Shown here: piece after piece, positions 26,589 through 39,239 of the stretch
Position numbering within the stretch: the first letter of the stretch is position 1
How the letters are laid out: every line of letters starts with the position of its first letter
Source of the DNA: Camelus dromedarius
Lineage: Eukaryota
Reading direction: 5' to 3'
NCBI RefSeq assembly: GCF_036321535.1
Contig: NC_087441.1
Span: forward strand, 29,698,001 to 29,762,000
Length of the DNA: 64,000 nucleotides
Notes under the pieces: model-generated
Told to the model about the DNA's origin: nothing
Database searches by the model: none
The model's input: the letters and a program-made list of their open reading frames with translations, nothing else
Translations under genes and position numbers: made by a program

Positions 26589-26795
26589 GCCCTGCTTGAA
26601 TTTCTCCAAAGAGTGGTAGACAATAAAGAGAAGAATAAGATGACAGTCATGAATGTAGCAATGGTCATGGCCCCAAATCTCTTCATGTATCACACATTGG
26701 GTTTGAAGTCCAGCGAACAGCGAGAATTTGGAATGGCAGCCGGGATAGCTCATATCATGCACTTACTGATTAAGTATCAAAAACTTCTGTGGACA
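26589..26795 (+). CDS. ARHGAP18: ARHGAP18 exon 11 orthologue, 207 nt, phase 0 to 0: ALLEFLQRVVDNKEKNKMTVMNVAMVMAPNLFMYHTLGLKSSEQREFGMAAGIAHIMHLLIKYQKLLWT
   Basis: Acceptor ttctgtttcag ends at 26588, donor gtaagt at 26796. RhoGAP NKMxxxNxAxxxAPNL motif. Confidence 0.97.
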
Positions 26796-27521
26796 GTAAG
26801 TATGTATCTTCAAGCTCTGTTGATAAGTGATGGTATCTAGATTCTGAAGTCTTTTTATTGTTATATTTTCTAGAAAAGGTAACCAATATAGGTGATTTCA
26901 AATGTGACTTCAAAAAAAAATTAATGTCCCTTTTTTAAATCTCAGGTTTTAAACTGATGGTATTTCATTATTTCAATTTGGTAACTTTTAAAATAGTTTA
27001 TTTTTGCTAGTGGAATTTCTGAGGATCATTTTTTTTTCCTGCAGTATTGCTCGATACCTATCAGCTCTTGTTTATTGGTGAGTTTTTCTTTCTCTTTTGA
27101 CAGGAGAGCCTAGCTGGTTATGAGAAAGGGACTGTAGGTTAGCTAGAGGCTAGGTTGCAGGTAAGAGACTGCTAAAGGGACCAATTGCTGAGGTGGTGGC
27201 CCTAATGCCAGTCACCCCAGGCAGCCTCCAGTCCTGGTGTACCAGGCACAGAAGATGCCACTGTGTCCTTGAACTTCACCAAGCCTCTCTTTCAACCTGA
27301 CACAGTGGGTGGTAATTTGCATCATGTTAATGCTCTGTACACATGGTAAATGAGTAATACGATGCATTTTGGGGCACAGATTTGATGAATGGCACAGTCT
27401 TATCAAATAGACAAAGCCTTTACTTCTCTCCAAATAGAAGAAATAAAAAGATAACTATTTCCATAGTTTAAAATGGTGCTACTTCTTTTTACTCCCCAAA
27501 CTTAATTTTATGTCTCCATAG

Positions 27522-27662
27522 ATTCCCAAGTTTATTGTCAACCAAGTGAGGAAGCAAAACACCGAAAATCATAGAAAAGATAAAAAAGCCATGAAGAAAT
27601 TGCTGAAGAAAATGGCTTATGACCGAGAAAAATATGAGAAGCAAGATAAGAGTGCAAATGAT
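27522..27662 (+). CDS. ARHGAP18: ARHGAP18 exon 12 orthologue, 141 nt, phase 0 to 0: IPKFIVNQVRKQNTENHRKDKKAMKKLLKKMAYDREKYEKQDKSAND
   Basis: Acceptor tgtctccatag ends at 27521, donor gtaaga at 27663. Peptide matches human IPKFIVNQVRKQNTENHKKDKRAMKKLLKKMAYDREKYEKQDKSTND. Confidence 0.96.
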
Positions 27663-30019
27663 GTAAGAGAAACCTGCAGATACGTACTTATACAGCTTGC
27701 AGTGCTGTTTTAAATATCATACATATGACAGAGAGTTTTAGAGGTTTTTGTAGTGTGACTTTCTGCACACTTGCTAGGCCCTTATACTCTTACAAGTTAA
27801 AGGCATCAGTGATGGTAACTGTGCTACTAGACTGGTACTGGTGATCAGTATTGATAGTTGCATAGGTCTGGGTGACTCAGCATGTGAGCTGATGATAAGG
27901 AACAAAGGAAGGCAGCAGGACTGGCATGTCTCAGCCCACACCCACCGCACTTACACACACACAGGGCTCCCAGGGGGCTCCAGTTCCCCACTCACTGTGT
28001 GATGTTTGGCGACTGTAGCGTCCCTTATGTGAACCATTCTTTTTCTTCGATTTTCTCATCTGTGAAATGGGGGAAAATAGCTAACCCAGCCAGACAAGTA
28101 GGTCGGTATTGGTGGCGTGCCTGCAATCCTTCCTGGACTTCAGCAAGACCTTACAGGCTCTTGATTGGATCAGAAGAATTTGGAGGGAGTTATGTTGGAA
28201 TGAAGAAAATTAAAATGTTTCAAAAAAGGAATATCTAAACTTCAGCATTCAGAAACTACTGTAAGAAAATAGTAAGAACTGGGTATAAAAAAAATGAAAT
28301 GTACATGAAAACACATTTAAAAAGTGAGTTACTGAAGCTCTAACTTAGGATCATGAAATGAAAGGGCTTCTATTGTTCTATTTACAGTGAAGACACCCCT
28401 CCACCACCAGCACCACCATTGAGGTTCCTCAGTTGTATGCTGACATCTTGTGGAATAATGTGGAAATGCAATTATCAGCCTTTGTCTTGATATTTCTGCT
28501 TTGGCCTACTTAGGGATCCAGTAATCACACACAAAAATATTTTTTTCTCCTTTATTTATTTATAGTTCTCACTCTTAGAAAATAGCATTTTCTTGGCATT
28601 AAATATTTTTTGGTCAATTTAAAAGTATCTTTAAAAACATAAAATTTAATAAAGCAAAATTACACATGGTGTTTATTTTTTAGAAAGGGCTTGATGTTAT
28701 AGGTTAGAGAGGATTTTTGAGGTATCATTTTTGTTTAACTTAGAATGATCTATTACTTCTAAAACCATTGTGAATATGTGAATACCTTCTTGTTTTGTAA
28801 CCTTGCTTATTCATATTAACTTAGGTGACTTTATACCTTTGTCTTTTTAATAAGACAGTTATCCTCTGGGGAACAGTGTGTTTCTAGAAAAACAAAATTT
28901 GTGCTGTACCTTTTAAACAGTAAATCCTTAGACAAAAATGAAAATGTTACTCTTTGGGAGATGGAACATTTAAATAATTTTGTCATTTATAGAAAAACAG
29001 TATTAATCTGGATTTCTTTAGTTTGTACTTTGGGTTAAATAGAGGAGAGCTGGTTTGAGAATTAATGTCTGTACCAGTTAGAAGCTGTATTGTCATTTTA
29101 AGGCTTGGGATTTAAACCTGGATTTAACTCTCAGTCTCGTCACGTATTAGCTGTCACTTAATCTCTGAGTTTTGGCTTTCTCTTCTGAGAAGTTCAGTGA
29201 TTCTTTTGCAAAATGCTAGTAAGTACCTGCTTGGTGCCAAGCCCCCACTCCCTGTTAGGTCTTTAAAGGGCGATGCGGTTGGTGTGCCCCACAGGGAGCC
29301 GGGAGAGTGATGTAGGAGGGTTGAGCTCAGGGGTGCCGGGGTGTGTGATGGGAGCCTGACCAGGGTACCCTGGGCTACAGAACCAGAAGTGGGCATCAGG
29401 GAGGCTTCCCTGGGGAGTGGCGCTGAGACGTGAAAAATGAGCAGGTGTTATGGAGGCAGCAAACTGAAGAGAAAGTCTCGCTAGCAGAGGGAGCTTTCTG
29501 GCCCCCCCACAGGGGGTCGTGGCCCACAGTGGAGGTCATTTGGCCTGTCATTTTGGTTGAAAAAATTTCATCAGTTGCCAGAATTTTTTTTCAAGTTATC
29601 ATCATTTTATCAGGGAGAAAAAAATATACTTAGGAAATAATTACAGAACAATAAATAAAGCAGAAGATAATATCAAATACTATGGATATGTATTGAGCCA
29701 TTAACCAGTCAGTTTTTGCATGGTTGTCCATCAATTGCCAGAATTTTAACACCGAAAGAGTTAACATCAAAGTCTGAACTTCCATCTTAACTTGACAGAT
29801 TGGAGGTCAGAGCATCCTTGCATCCCCTCACAGTAGGGGACCTGCTTTCCTGCAGGGTAACAATTGCCTGGATCTGGGTAGCAGCTATTCCTTTTGGATG
29901 AAACATGGTCTGTTAACTTTCGGATAAGCACCCCTCCCCTCCAGTCCTGTCTTGTTGGTCTGTGTTTCTTGACTACAGAGCATGAAACTGCCTGGGATGG
30001 TTGGTTGGTTTGTGAAACG

Positions 30020-31140
30020 ACTCTGGTGTGTGCTTGTTGTGTGCCAGGCGCTATTCTAGGCACTTGAAATATGTTATATGAACAAAACACATAAAGATTG
30101 CTGCTCTTGTGCAGCTTAAATCCTATAAATAAAAATAAATATAATGAGTAAGTTACATAGTATGTTAGTATATGGTAAATGCTATAAAATAAAAATAGTA
30201 GAGCAAAAAATGGGGAATTGGGAGGGGGAGCCTCTTGCAGTATTAAGTTGAGTGATCTGGGTAGTATTCATTCAAGCTAAGATCTGGAGAACAGGGAATG
30301 GAGCTGAATCTGTACCTCAGGCAGAGGGAATGGTCTGTACAAAAGCCCTAAGGCAGGAACTTTCTTGGGGTATTTGAGGACTAGTAAGAAGTGATTGTGA
30401 CTGGAGTGGAGCCAACAATAGGGGCAGTAGTATGAAGTGAAGTCAGGGGGACAATGGGACCAGACTGTGTGGGCTCTTGTAGGTCATTGTTAGAAATTTG
30501 GATTTGCCCTGGGTAAAATGGGGTCATTGCAGGGTTTTCAACAAAGGCTTGAAAATCTATGTTTTAAAATGATCCCTTGGACTATTGTGTTGAAAACAGA
30601 CTCTGGAGAGCAAGGATAGAATAGGGGGACCATTTAAGGGGGTCATGTCATAATCCAAGTAACAGATCAGGGCATTAGCACTGGAGGTAGAAAAGTTGGG
30701 TTTTAGATTTCTTTTTTTTGGAAGATCGAGCCATTGGGATTTCTTGCTGTTGAAATGGTATGAGTTATAAGAGCAAGAAAGAAGTCAAGAATGACTCAAA
30801 GGTTTTTGGCTTGAGATACTGGAAGGGTGAAATTGACACTTAGGGAAGATCACAGTTTCAACCTGGGACCTGCTGAGTGTGAAATGTGAATTGGATATCT
30901 AAGTGGGCATGACTGAGGGTGTTTGGAGGGAGAATGAGGTCATACTGGCCAGTAAGGTGTGTGGAGGGGCAGGGGCAGAAGGAAGGCAGGAATGGGGCTA
31001 AGAGGGAGCCAGGCTTCTTTTCTGTAAATGGCAGGGAACTGCTGAAGGTCATGACTCCAGGAGTTACATGATTATATTTGCACTTTAGAATCGTTGTTAT
31101 GAGGACAGGTGAAGGACACACTGGATGAGTGTGAGAGAGG
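30020..31140 (-). mobile_element. L2 LINE
   Basis: Antisense L2 3' motif tgtgccaggcgctattctaggcac followed by extended L2 body motifs (ggatatctaagtgg, aatgactcaaaggtttttggcttgag). Confidence 0.7.
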
Positions 31141-31361
31141 AGGTTAGGTAGGAGATGCCGGCTAATTTCATTGTTGATGGGAGTATACGAAATTGGCAGA
31201 ATCCCTCTGGAGAGCAGTTGGCATACAGCAAAGTCCTGAAAACCATACCCCTCATTGGCTTAGAAATTCCTTCAGAGGGAATAATAAGATAAGCATGCAA
31301 ATAGTTATACAGAAGTTTGTTGCCACTTTCTTTATACTGACCCAAATTAGAAGTAATTCAA

Positions 31362-31520
31362 GGGGGGATGGTATAGCTCAGTGGTAGAGCGCATGCTGCT
31401 TAGCGTGCACAATGTCCTGGGTTCAATCCCTAGTACCTCCATTACAAATAAATAAATAAACCTAAGCCGCCCTCCCCACCCAAATAAAAAAGGAAGGAAA
31501 GAAGGAAGGAAGGAAGGATT
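31362..31520 (+). mobile_element. Camelid Vic-1-like SINE with intact Pol III A box (31374-31384) and B box (31420-31429), plus (GGAA)n tail
   Basis: ggggggatggtatagctcagtggtagagcgcatgc...gggttcaatccctagtacctcc followed by aaataaataaataaacctaa. Confidence 0.9.
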
Positions 31521-31979
31521 CAAAAGGATGGAGATGATCAGTTAAATATGTTGTGGCACATCTGTGTAATGAAATACCATGAAAATGGACAAGTGTGTGT
31601 CATTGGAAGATATTTGTAATATGTTGAAGAAAGAAGTTACAAATCAGTGAATACTATTATATTGCTACATTGGGAAGGGATAATCATTGTCAGCATTTTA
31701 AATGCTTACCAGAGGTCAGATATCATGCTAAATATTTTACCAACATCTTATTTAATATTCATAGAAGTTTAGTTGGAGTATATTATTGTCTTTTTTTTTT
31801 TTTTTAACAGATTAGGAAAGTGAGGATCAGCAATCTTAAATAACTTACTTAAGGTTATCTAGAAAGGAAGTGGTGGAGCTGAAATTTGAAACCAGATCTA
31901 CATGATTTTAAATCCAGGTGTCTTTACGGTTAGTCTCTTTCCCCAAAGAGCACAGCAAACCTCTGAGAAGGAGATATAG

Positions 31980-31984
<5 letters not shown>

Positions 31985-32026
<42 letters not shown>
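31985..32026 (+). repeat. (TG)21 microsatellite
   Basis: Perfect dinucleotide run. Confidence 0.98.
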
Positions 32027-32033
<7 letters not shown>

Positions 32034-32089
32034 TCACAAATCCTGAGCTTATGTGTAGTAATACAATAAACATGTATTACTGCCATTTA

Positions 32090-32780
32090 AGATATGTTTA
32101 ATATATAGCTTTTAAAACAGTCCTGGGCTGAGCTAAGGCCCAGCAATGGGAAGGGAAAGAAGCTTTGACTGTGAGCCAGTAAGACCCACATCCGTGAGAT
32201 GGGGAAACTGTTTAGATGTGAGGAGTGTGGAAGAAGGAATCTAGAATGTCTCACTGATTTTATCTTGGGTGATTTTATCTCAAAACATCCAATAAAAGGA
32301 ACAGATTTTGATGAGGTAGTTTTGACATTTGAGGTTGACGTGCCTTTGTGAAAGTTGGCTACACAGGCATGAAGCTCAGGGGGTGACCGGGGCTGGAAGA
32401 CTGCATTTGGGATCAGCATAGAGATTGAGGCTAAAGCCACAGAGTGGTTTCTATTACACAACGTGGATATATAGGGTAAGAAAACAAAAAGGCAGAAACA
32501 CCAATATTTAATCAGTGGGCCATGGAAGAGGCACTGGTAAAAGAGGCCAAGAAATAATAGGAAGTAAGAGAAGGTTGAAGGCTGTAGTGTCTTCGCCCCC
32601 CCAGGGAGAAAGAGTGAAGTCATAGAGCTTGGTCAGTGGTACCAGATACTGGTACCTTGGATACAAGGGCCACTGGATTTTGCATTTGAAAGATTAGTTG
32701 TGACTTTCTCCAAAGCACTGTCAGTGACTGTTAATGGAAGAAGCCATGATTGCCAGGGATTGAAAAGTGAAAGACAAGAG
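32090..32780 (-). mobile_element. L2 LINE fragment
   Basis: Degenerate L2 body motifs (tttgggatcagcatagagattgagg, ttagttgtgactttctccaaagcactgtcagtg). Confidence 0.5.
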
Positions 32781-33189
32781 ATTATAGATCATGAAAATTC
32801 ATCAAGGTAGTATTTTTTAAAGCCCTCTGTATGCTATTAATGCTAACTGTATATAATCAGGCACTCATGTTTTAAGACATACTTGACTAGGTAAATGAAT
32901 AGTTTGAACCATGTTGTGAGGAGCACACTCAATCTACTTAATAAGACCAATGTTTATAATGACTACAGTGTATTCATTATTTGGTACAAATTTGTGACTT
33001 TCTTAAGTACTAATGAGACTTATCTATTAATTACAGCAGGAAGAAACACTTGGTGAAAAAATCACATAATTGTAGACCATGTAAAAATAACTGTTTTCAG
33101 ATAGTTTTCAACTTGTATTTGGGATTGATATCATACCCACAGACACACTTATACATGCCACATCAAACGGCAGGAGTCATGTGGCTTGA

Positions 33190-33300
33190 TAATAGCCCTA
33201 GCTTTGCCATATTGAGGCATTAATGGCAGATAATTTCCTCTCTCTGGGCCTCAGTTTCTTCTATAAAATGAGAATAAGACCAGATGAATGGTGTTTAGCC
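33190..33300 (+). mobile_element. MIR SINE fragment
   Basis: ctctctgggcctcagtttcttctataaaatgagaataa core. Confidence 0.65.
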
Positions 33301-33325
33301 AGAAGTAATACAATAGGAACATCTG

Positions 33326-33354
<29 letters not shown>
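33326..33354 (+). repeat. (TAT)9 microsatellite
   Basis: Perfect trinucleotide run. Confidence 0.95.
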
Positions 33355-33356
<2 letters not shown>

Positions 33357-36300
33357 TTATTTATTTAAAAACAAAAAATCACAACTGGGTCACTTTTTGG
33401 ACCCACTGAGTCAGAATCTCCAAGAACAGGACCTGGTTTTGTATATTGTGTAAAAATTGTAAGGGTAAATTTTCCCCCATTTAGTGTACATGTATTTGTG
33501 TGCACATATATTTAATTTTATTATGGAATTTTTCTAACATCCACAAAGATAGAAGAGTATATGAACCCCCATAAAGCCATCAACCAACAATCAAACACAT
33601 TTTTTTGATCTTGTTCTATCTTACCTCCCACACCTTTTTTCCTTTTAGTATTTTTAAGGAAGTCACAGACCTTTCATCATGTTGTCCCTAATGACCTCAG
33701 ATTGCATCTCTGCCTAACAACGATCTAGGGCAGCTTTGATGAACTTCTGATTATGAGTTGCTGAATCATGCATGTTTCAAGTCCATTGTGGACTTAGAGC
33801 TGTATGATTTTTCTCCTGCCGTTCAAGCTTACCTCTGAGAAGAAAGGGAAGCTGTCCATTTAGGGGAGAGGGTGGGCAAAGTGAAGCTCTGGGAGATTAT
33901 CTGGCATAAGCCAAGCTACTCACCACTTCTGCCCTTGTAAAGGAAGCAAAAGTTCTCGCTCCTAACGCGAATGGGTGTTAACTCAGGATGATCTGTTGGC
34001 CATGCCCTTAATTAACAGTTGAGGGGCTTGGACTTGAGAGAGTTTACATGACTTGCTACGAGTTCCAAAATGATCTTGTAACATTTTAAGGTTCCGGGTT
34101 TTGGACATGGAAAAGAGATCTTTTACTCTCATCTTCTGTCATTCTCCAGAAGAATCCTGGAGTTGGCAGCAGTGCGGTGCAGACTCTGGGTGGTTTGTGG
34201 CGAGGGTTGTATGTCTTTAGTCACAACTGTTTAGAATTCCATCTCTGGTTTCACTTAACAGCTCTGACTCAGAGCATTGTCCCAGGTATTGTTTCCAGCA
34301 TCTGCTTTAGGTCTGGAAACAGTGTCTGGATCTACTTGGGGACCCATGTGGAAAATCAAATTATAATATCAAGCACAAAATCTTGTTTCTTTTTCAGACA
34401 TTCTCTTAATTTTTTTATAGTGCATAAAAAATACCCTATTAAAAGAAAATTATCAGAACTTTATTTCATTGTAAATTAAATGCATATTAAGTACAGAAGT
34501 TATCTCAGGCCCTTCTTTAAAAATTCTCTGAATCTGTGAGTTGGATAAAAGTTTAAGTATTTGGATTACAAAGGCCCAATTATAATCAGAACGCAGACAG
34601 TTCAAGATAGCATAGAATGACTTCTGTATCTCCACCTCCAATCAGACTGAAGTGATGAATATGCCATTTTAGTTTAAGATACCCTGCTAAAATGGCCTTG
34701 TTTAATTTTCTAAAGTATGTATTATATCTGGCCTTTATTTGAGAAAGCTGTATTTCCAATTTGCCCTTTTGAAGATAAAAAAGGGTTTTTTGTAGTATTA
34801 AAAATGTCATCCTCACATTTAAATTAGCTTTCAGTAAAAAAAGGAAATTAATGTCTCTTCTCAAGGTCTGACATCAAATTTCTAATCTCTAGGGTACAAA
34901 AATAGCAATGCCATGTTTATCTATACTTTTTGAAAAAAATACTAAAAATCATTGTTAATTTTTACCAAATAGTAAGAAATAAAATCATACTTTAAAAAAA
35001 ATACTTTAGTTCGATGCGTAAAACATGTGAGCACCATATGAGAGAGATCATTCTCGCTTTAACAGCCTTTGCATGAGTAAGAAACTAACATTTTATAAAT
35101 TGTAAAATCCTTTGTGACTAATTTTTAATGGCATGGTAGTCAAATAACGACTCTTCTCCTGTCTTGCTGTACATCATAAAACTTCAGCTCACAAGCACAC
35201 TAGGAAAATTAAAAGTAAGGGACAGAGTCACAGCTGTTAAGACAAAAAAAATATGAAGTAGAAAGGTTATAAAGATGGTGCTACTCACAGATTTAGTTAT
35301 TACAGTGGCTCAAGTTAAGAACAGACGGTTTGGCTTAACAATCAGGCATGTTGTGTCTCTTCAAAGCTTGGCAGCTCAGTGTAATTAGTATACTAATAGC
35401 TTTAGTATTTGATGCAGCATGATTCTGGAGCTTAATCATAGTTGTCATACGCCATTTAAATGAGAGCTTTGATACCATTTATTGTTTATCGTCTTTAGTA
35501 AGTATTATTTGGCCACCCTTGTCGAGCTATCCGGGGAAAACTTTCCAAAAACAACTTTTAAACTCTTCATCTTTAACCATTACCTTTACCAGTTAAACTC
35601 CAACAGTAAAGGGAAGGGAGGTTCAAAGTGAATCCAACTGTCCATCTTTGTATTGTTGTGAGAATTGGGAGGGGATGTCTTACCACTGAAATCAACACTC
35701 AGAACTGCTCCCATCACACACACAAACACACACATACACACTGAGGGGAGGGGTGTAGGAAATGTTTGATTTCACAGCCATAAGGAACCTGTATACGTGC
35801 CACTCCCCATATGCTGACAAAAGCCAAAGTACAGCAGTTACCTGACGTTTCCCGTACATGTGAGAACTCTCAAGTGCCCTCAGAAGCTGGTACCTGGGCC
35901 TTTCCCTTCCAAACTATCAGAGAGACTCTGGACTCCTGTGTCAGATGGGGGGGCTGTCGGGTACAACTCCTGACACCACCCTGATCTCAGTGCTGTGATT
36001 TACGAGAAAGCAAGGCCATACTCTCCAAAGGGTGATCCCTGAACTCATTTAGAAAGTAGAGGCCATGATTATATTATTAGAGGTCTTCAGCTGTGCATGA
36101 GATGCTGTGGGGGGAAAGCGGCTTCATCCCCAAGCAGGTGCACGCTAACGTTGGTTACTCTCTGCAGGACTAAATTATTATCCCTTGTAGCACCTTCAAT
36201 TCCTTTCTTCCATTCTCGTTCCCTTCCTGTCTTTTCTCAGTAGCAAGGAGAGTAGTGGTACCATGTGGTAGGTAGAGGCAACTTAACTTGTTTCTTTTAG

Positions 36301-38817
36301 ACCATATTCCTGAGACTATTTTTTTTGCTATTGAGGAAAATATTCCTTGGTATAGTTTATTTTATTCTAGAGAAATTTTTATTATTATTGGCATAGCATT
36401 TTTCATGAGAAATATTCTTGAGTTCCTTATCTAATCAGTAAACAATGATGGATGGCTACAGATGTGACTCAGATAAGTGGCTTGTAACTAGAATACAGGC
36501 GACACTTATTAGGATCCCTGTCATAAAGAGTTTCAGTGGAAAGAGGAAACTCCTTTTGACTCTGGATCTTGGAATGTTTCATAAAGTATTTGAGCTGAAC
36601 CTTGAAAAATGGATAGCTAGCAGGAGATATTTCAGAAGGGGAGTAGAACTTATGTAAAGATAGGAAAGCGTGGGTGTTTGTAGCAAATTTTGACTGACCT
36701 TTTTTATCCAAAGGATGGAATGTCCCACAAGAAAAGCGAGGGGTGGGGAGGAAGCAAGGAGCAAAGTAAGGTTGCTGTATCCCCGAACTCTCTGTAGCAG
36801 TTTATTATTTTTCTGGATCATTTTGCTTTTATAACTATATATGAAAACTCAATCATATCATCTTCACTTCAAATGTCAGCATAGATTTGCCTGCCTTTTT
36901 GATATTCTAGGCTTGGATCAGATGTAATTACGGGAACAAGTATTGCCACCATTACTTTCACCAAAGAAACCTCTGGGTGAGAGTATTTAGTGCTGTGACT
37001 TGAGCAGAATTTCCTGACTTCTAAATCAGCATATAGTAGATACCAGTCTGCAGACCCTAATCTGCTGTTCAGGACCCTCCATAAGAGAATAATAGTAACA
37101 GACTAACAGAATCTAAAACACCGATATTTGTTTCCCTAACTGAGTGGACAGAGGGGATTGGATTTTGTGAACACAGACTCAGTGCTTCAACTGTTGTTAT
37201 TACAGTTTTCATCCCAGTGATCAAGTTGTCAGGCCCAGCTTATTGCTTCTCACCCCTGTGAGGACACAGTGGAGGCCAGGCCAGCAGGCAGCATGGCCCA
37301 GCAGGACATAAGCCAGAGATGAACCCCAAGGGAGAGGTGCTTGTAGCATAATCCCCAATTTATAAGATACACTAGTGATTTAATAACTGCTTTGAAAGGA
37401 AAAAAGGTAGCAACTCTCCCACGTGAAATGCCCCATCCGTTGGGAGAAGCAACTTATTTTCCAAAATGTTACAGATGAAAGTAAAATCTGATTTAGCATC
37501 AAGGAAAAAGGCAAATTAGACCCATAACCTGGAGGCGAGGTGGAGGTCAGAGACTAGATAAGGTATCCGGCCGAACCGTAGGCCCCAGAAACTGGAAGTC
37601 AGCAGCGCCAGCCAAGGGTCCAGGCTGGATGGGAGAGGTGGAGCAGAAGTTGACAGGCCTGTGCACAGGCTGGGATCGGGGTGTCCTTTAGGGATCAGGT
37701 TGAGCACGGGATCCCCAGGAAGAGAGGTCCCACGAGGACAGGGATGCTAGGAATGCGGTTCCGCGCCCAGCAGGACAGCGGGCGGCAACCCACGTGCTTT
37801 GTCTCTGTCTAGGGTGGAGGGAGCGCACCCCTTGGGCTTCCCCGAGTGGTCAGGTCAGGGCGCGGTCTGTCTCTCCCCGTGGAACAGGTGTTTGCAGCCC
37901 TCGGGGAACGAAGCCGTTGTCTTACGCAACCCTGGGCTCCCTTGACAGTCCTGTGCAGTGTCGCTCCTTTTCTTTGTTGCTCCCACACTACCTCTCAGAT
38001 GTTACCGAGAAGCAGTCATGTCTTTTGAAGGCATGTACGTTTTGGTGCAGCCTGATCTCAAACCATGTTATTTTTGTTAAACTCTGAAGAGTTGCATTAA
38101 TTCCATCTGTGGTGTAGTCCTACTTTATGTTAAAAAAAAACAAACCAAAAACTCAAGACCATGTACATTAAAAATGACACTGTGAGCACAAAATAATACT
38201 GTGCAGCAGAGGACTTATGTCTTATTCATCTACCAGGTAAGCAGATTTAGCACAATGCCTGGGACTCACTAGATGCTCAGTAAATCTTGGTTGAATTAAA
38301 CAGGGTGTTTGTAGTGTTTAAAGCATTAAATTTAAACATAATTTGTGCATGTTGTTTGTTCTACGGTCTGTTCAAGACATATGGTTATAAATAATAAATT
38401 AGTACTTATTTTAGCAGAACCATTAGGATTTAATTAGACCTAATATTTCAAATGTCATAGCTGACATTGTGATACTACAGTTCTCAAAATCTTTCTTTGA
38501 TAGCCTCTCAGTACGTAAAATGTTCTTAACATCTGTGGGCAAAGGGTTTCGAAAGTGTCATTTCAGGTTCAAAGTGTGTTGTCAGAGGATAAGCTCGTCA
38601 GCCAGGTGAGGGGCAGACAGTGCACGTGTATTAGGAAAGTACGTCTCATTTTTTTTTAAAATATTCTCAGGGACAAAAATTTTTGCGAAATTTTGTGAAT
38701 GTGCAAGAAGATGTTTAAAATGCACAGGTTGCAACAGCACACAAAGTAACTTCTTTCTGATTCAATTTCATAAATTGCTACATGAGGAAGCACCCTCTAG
38801 TAGATAATCCTCAGAAA

Positions 38818-39239
38818 NNNNNNNNNNNNNNNNNNNNNNNNNNNNNNNNNNNNNNNNNNNNNNNNNNNNNNNNNNNNNNNNNNNNNNNNNNNNNNNNNNN
38901 NNNNNNNNNNNNNNNNNNNNNNNNNNNNNNNNNNNNNNNNNNNNNNNNNNNNNNNNNNNNNNNNNNNNNNNNNNNNNNNNNNNNNNNNNNNNNNNNNNNN
39001 NNNNNNNNNNNNNGCACACTTACCATATAATGCATGGTACAGANNNNNNNNNNNNNNNNNNNNNNNNNNNNNNNNNNNNNNNNNNNNNNNNNNNNNNNNN
39101 NNNNNNNNNNNNNNNNNNNNNNNNNNNNNNNNNNNNNNNNNNNNNNNNNNNNNNNNNNNNNNNNNNNNNNNNNNNNNNNNNNNNNNNNNNNNNNNNNNNN
39201 NNNNNNNNNNNNNNNNNNNNNNNNNNNNNNNNNNNNNNN
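38818..39239. other. Two assembly gaps (38818-39013 and 39044-39239, 196 N each) around a 30-bp island; probable location of the unseen ARHGAP18 exon 13 orthologue
   Basis: The N runs are seen directly. Exon 12 ends in phase 0 and exon 14 starts in phase 2, so a 3n+2 exon is required, and I found no ADVPQGVIRVQAP-type coding sequence in the called bases. The exon location is inferred. Confidence 0.7.

Noticed and set aside
31362-31440. tRNA-Ala-like sequence with A and B boxes
   Set aside because: It has the SINE tail (cagtacctcc + (AAAT)n + cctaa), a disrupted anticodon arm and three other copies in the window, so it is a Vic-1-like SINE, not a tRNA gene.
32087-32623. Longest ORF in the track (178 aa, minus strand)
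   Set aside because: It lies within a decayed L2 element, has low-complexity S/L/F composition and shows no protein family signature.
39014-39043. 30-bp island between the gaps, whose reverse complement contains a donor-like ATG|GTAAGT
   Set aside because: It does not match the expected exon 13 end (...CAAGAAAG|gt), and 30 bp is too short to support a minus-strand exon.
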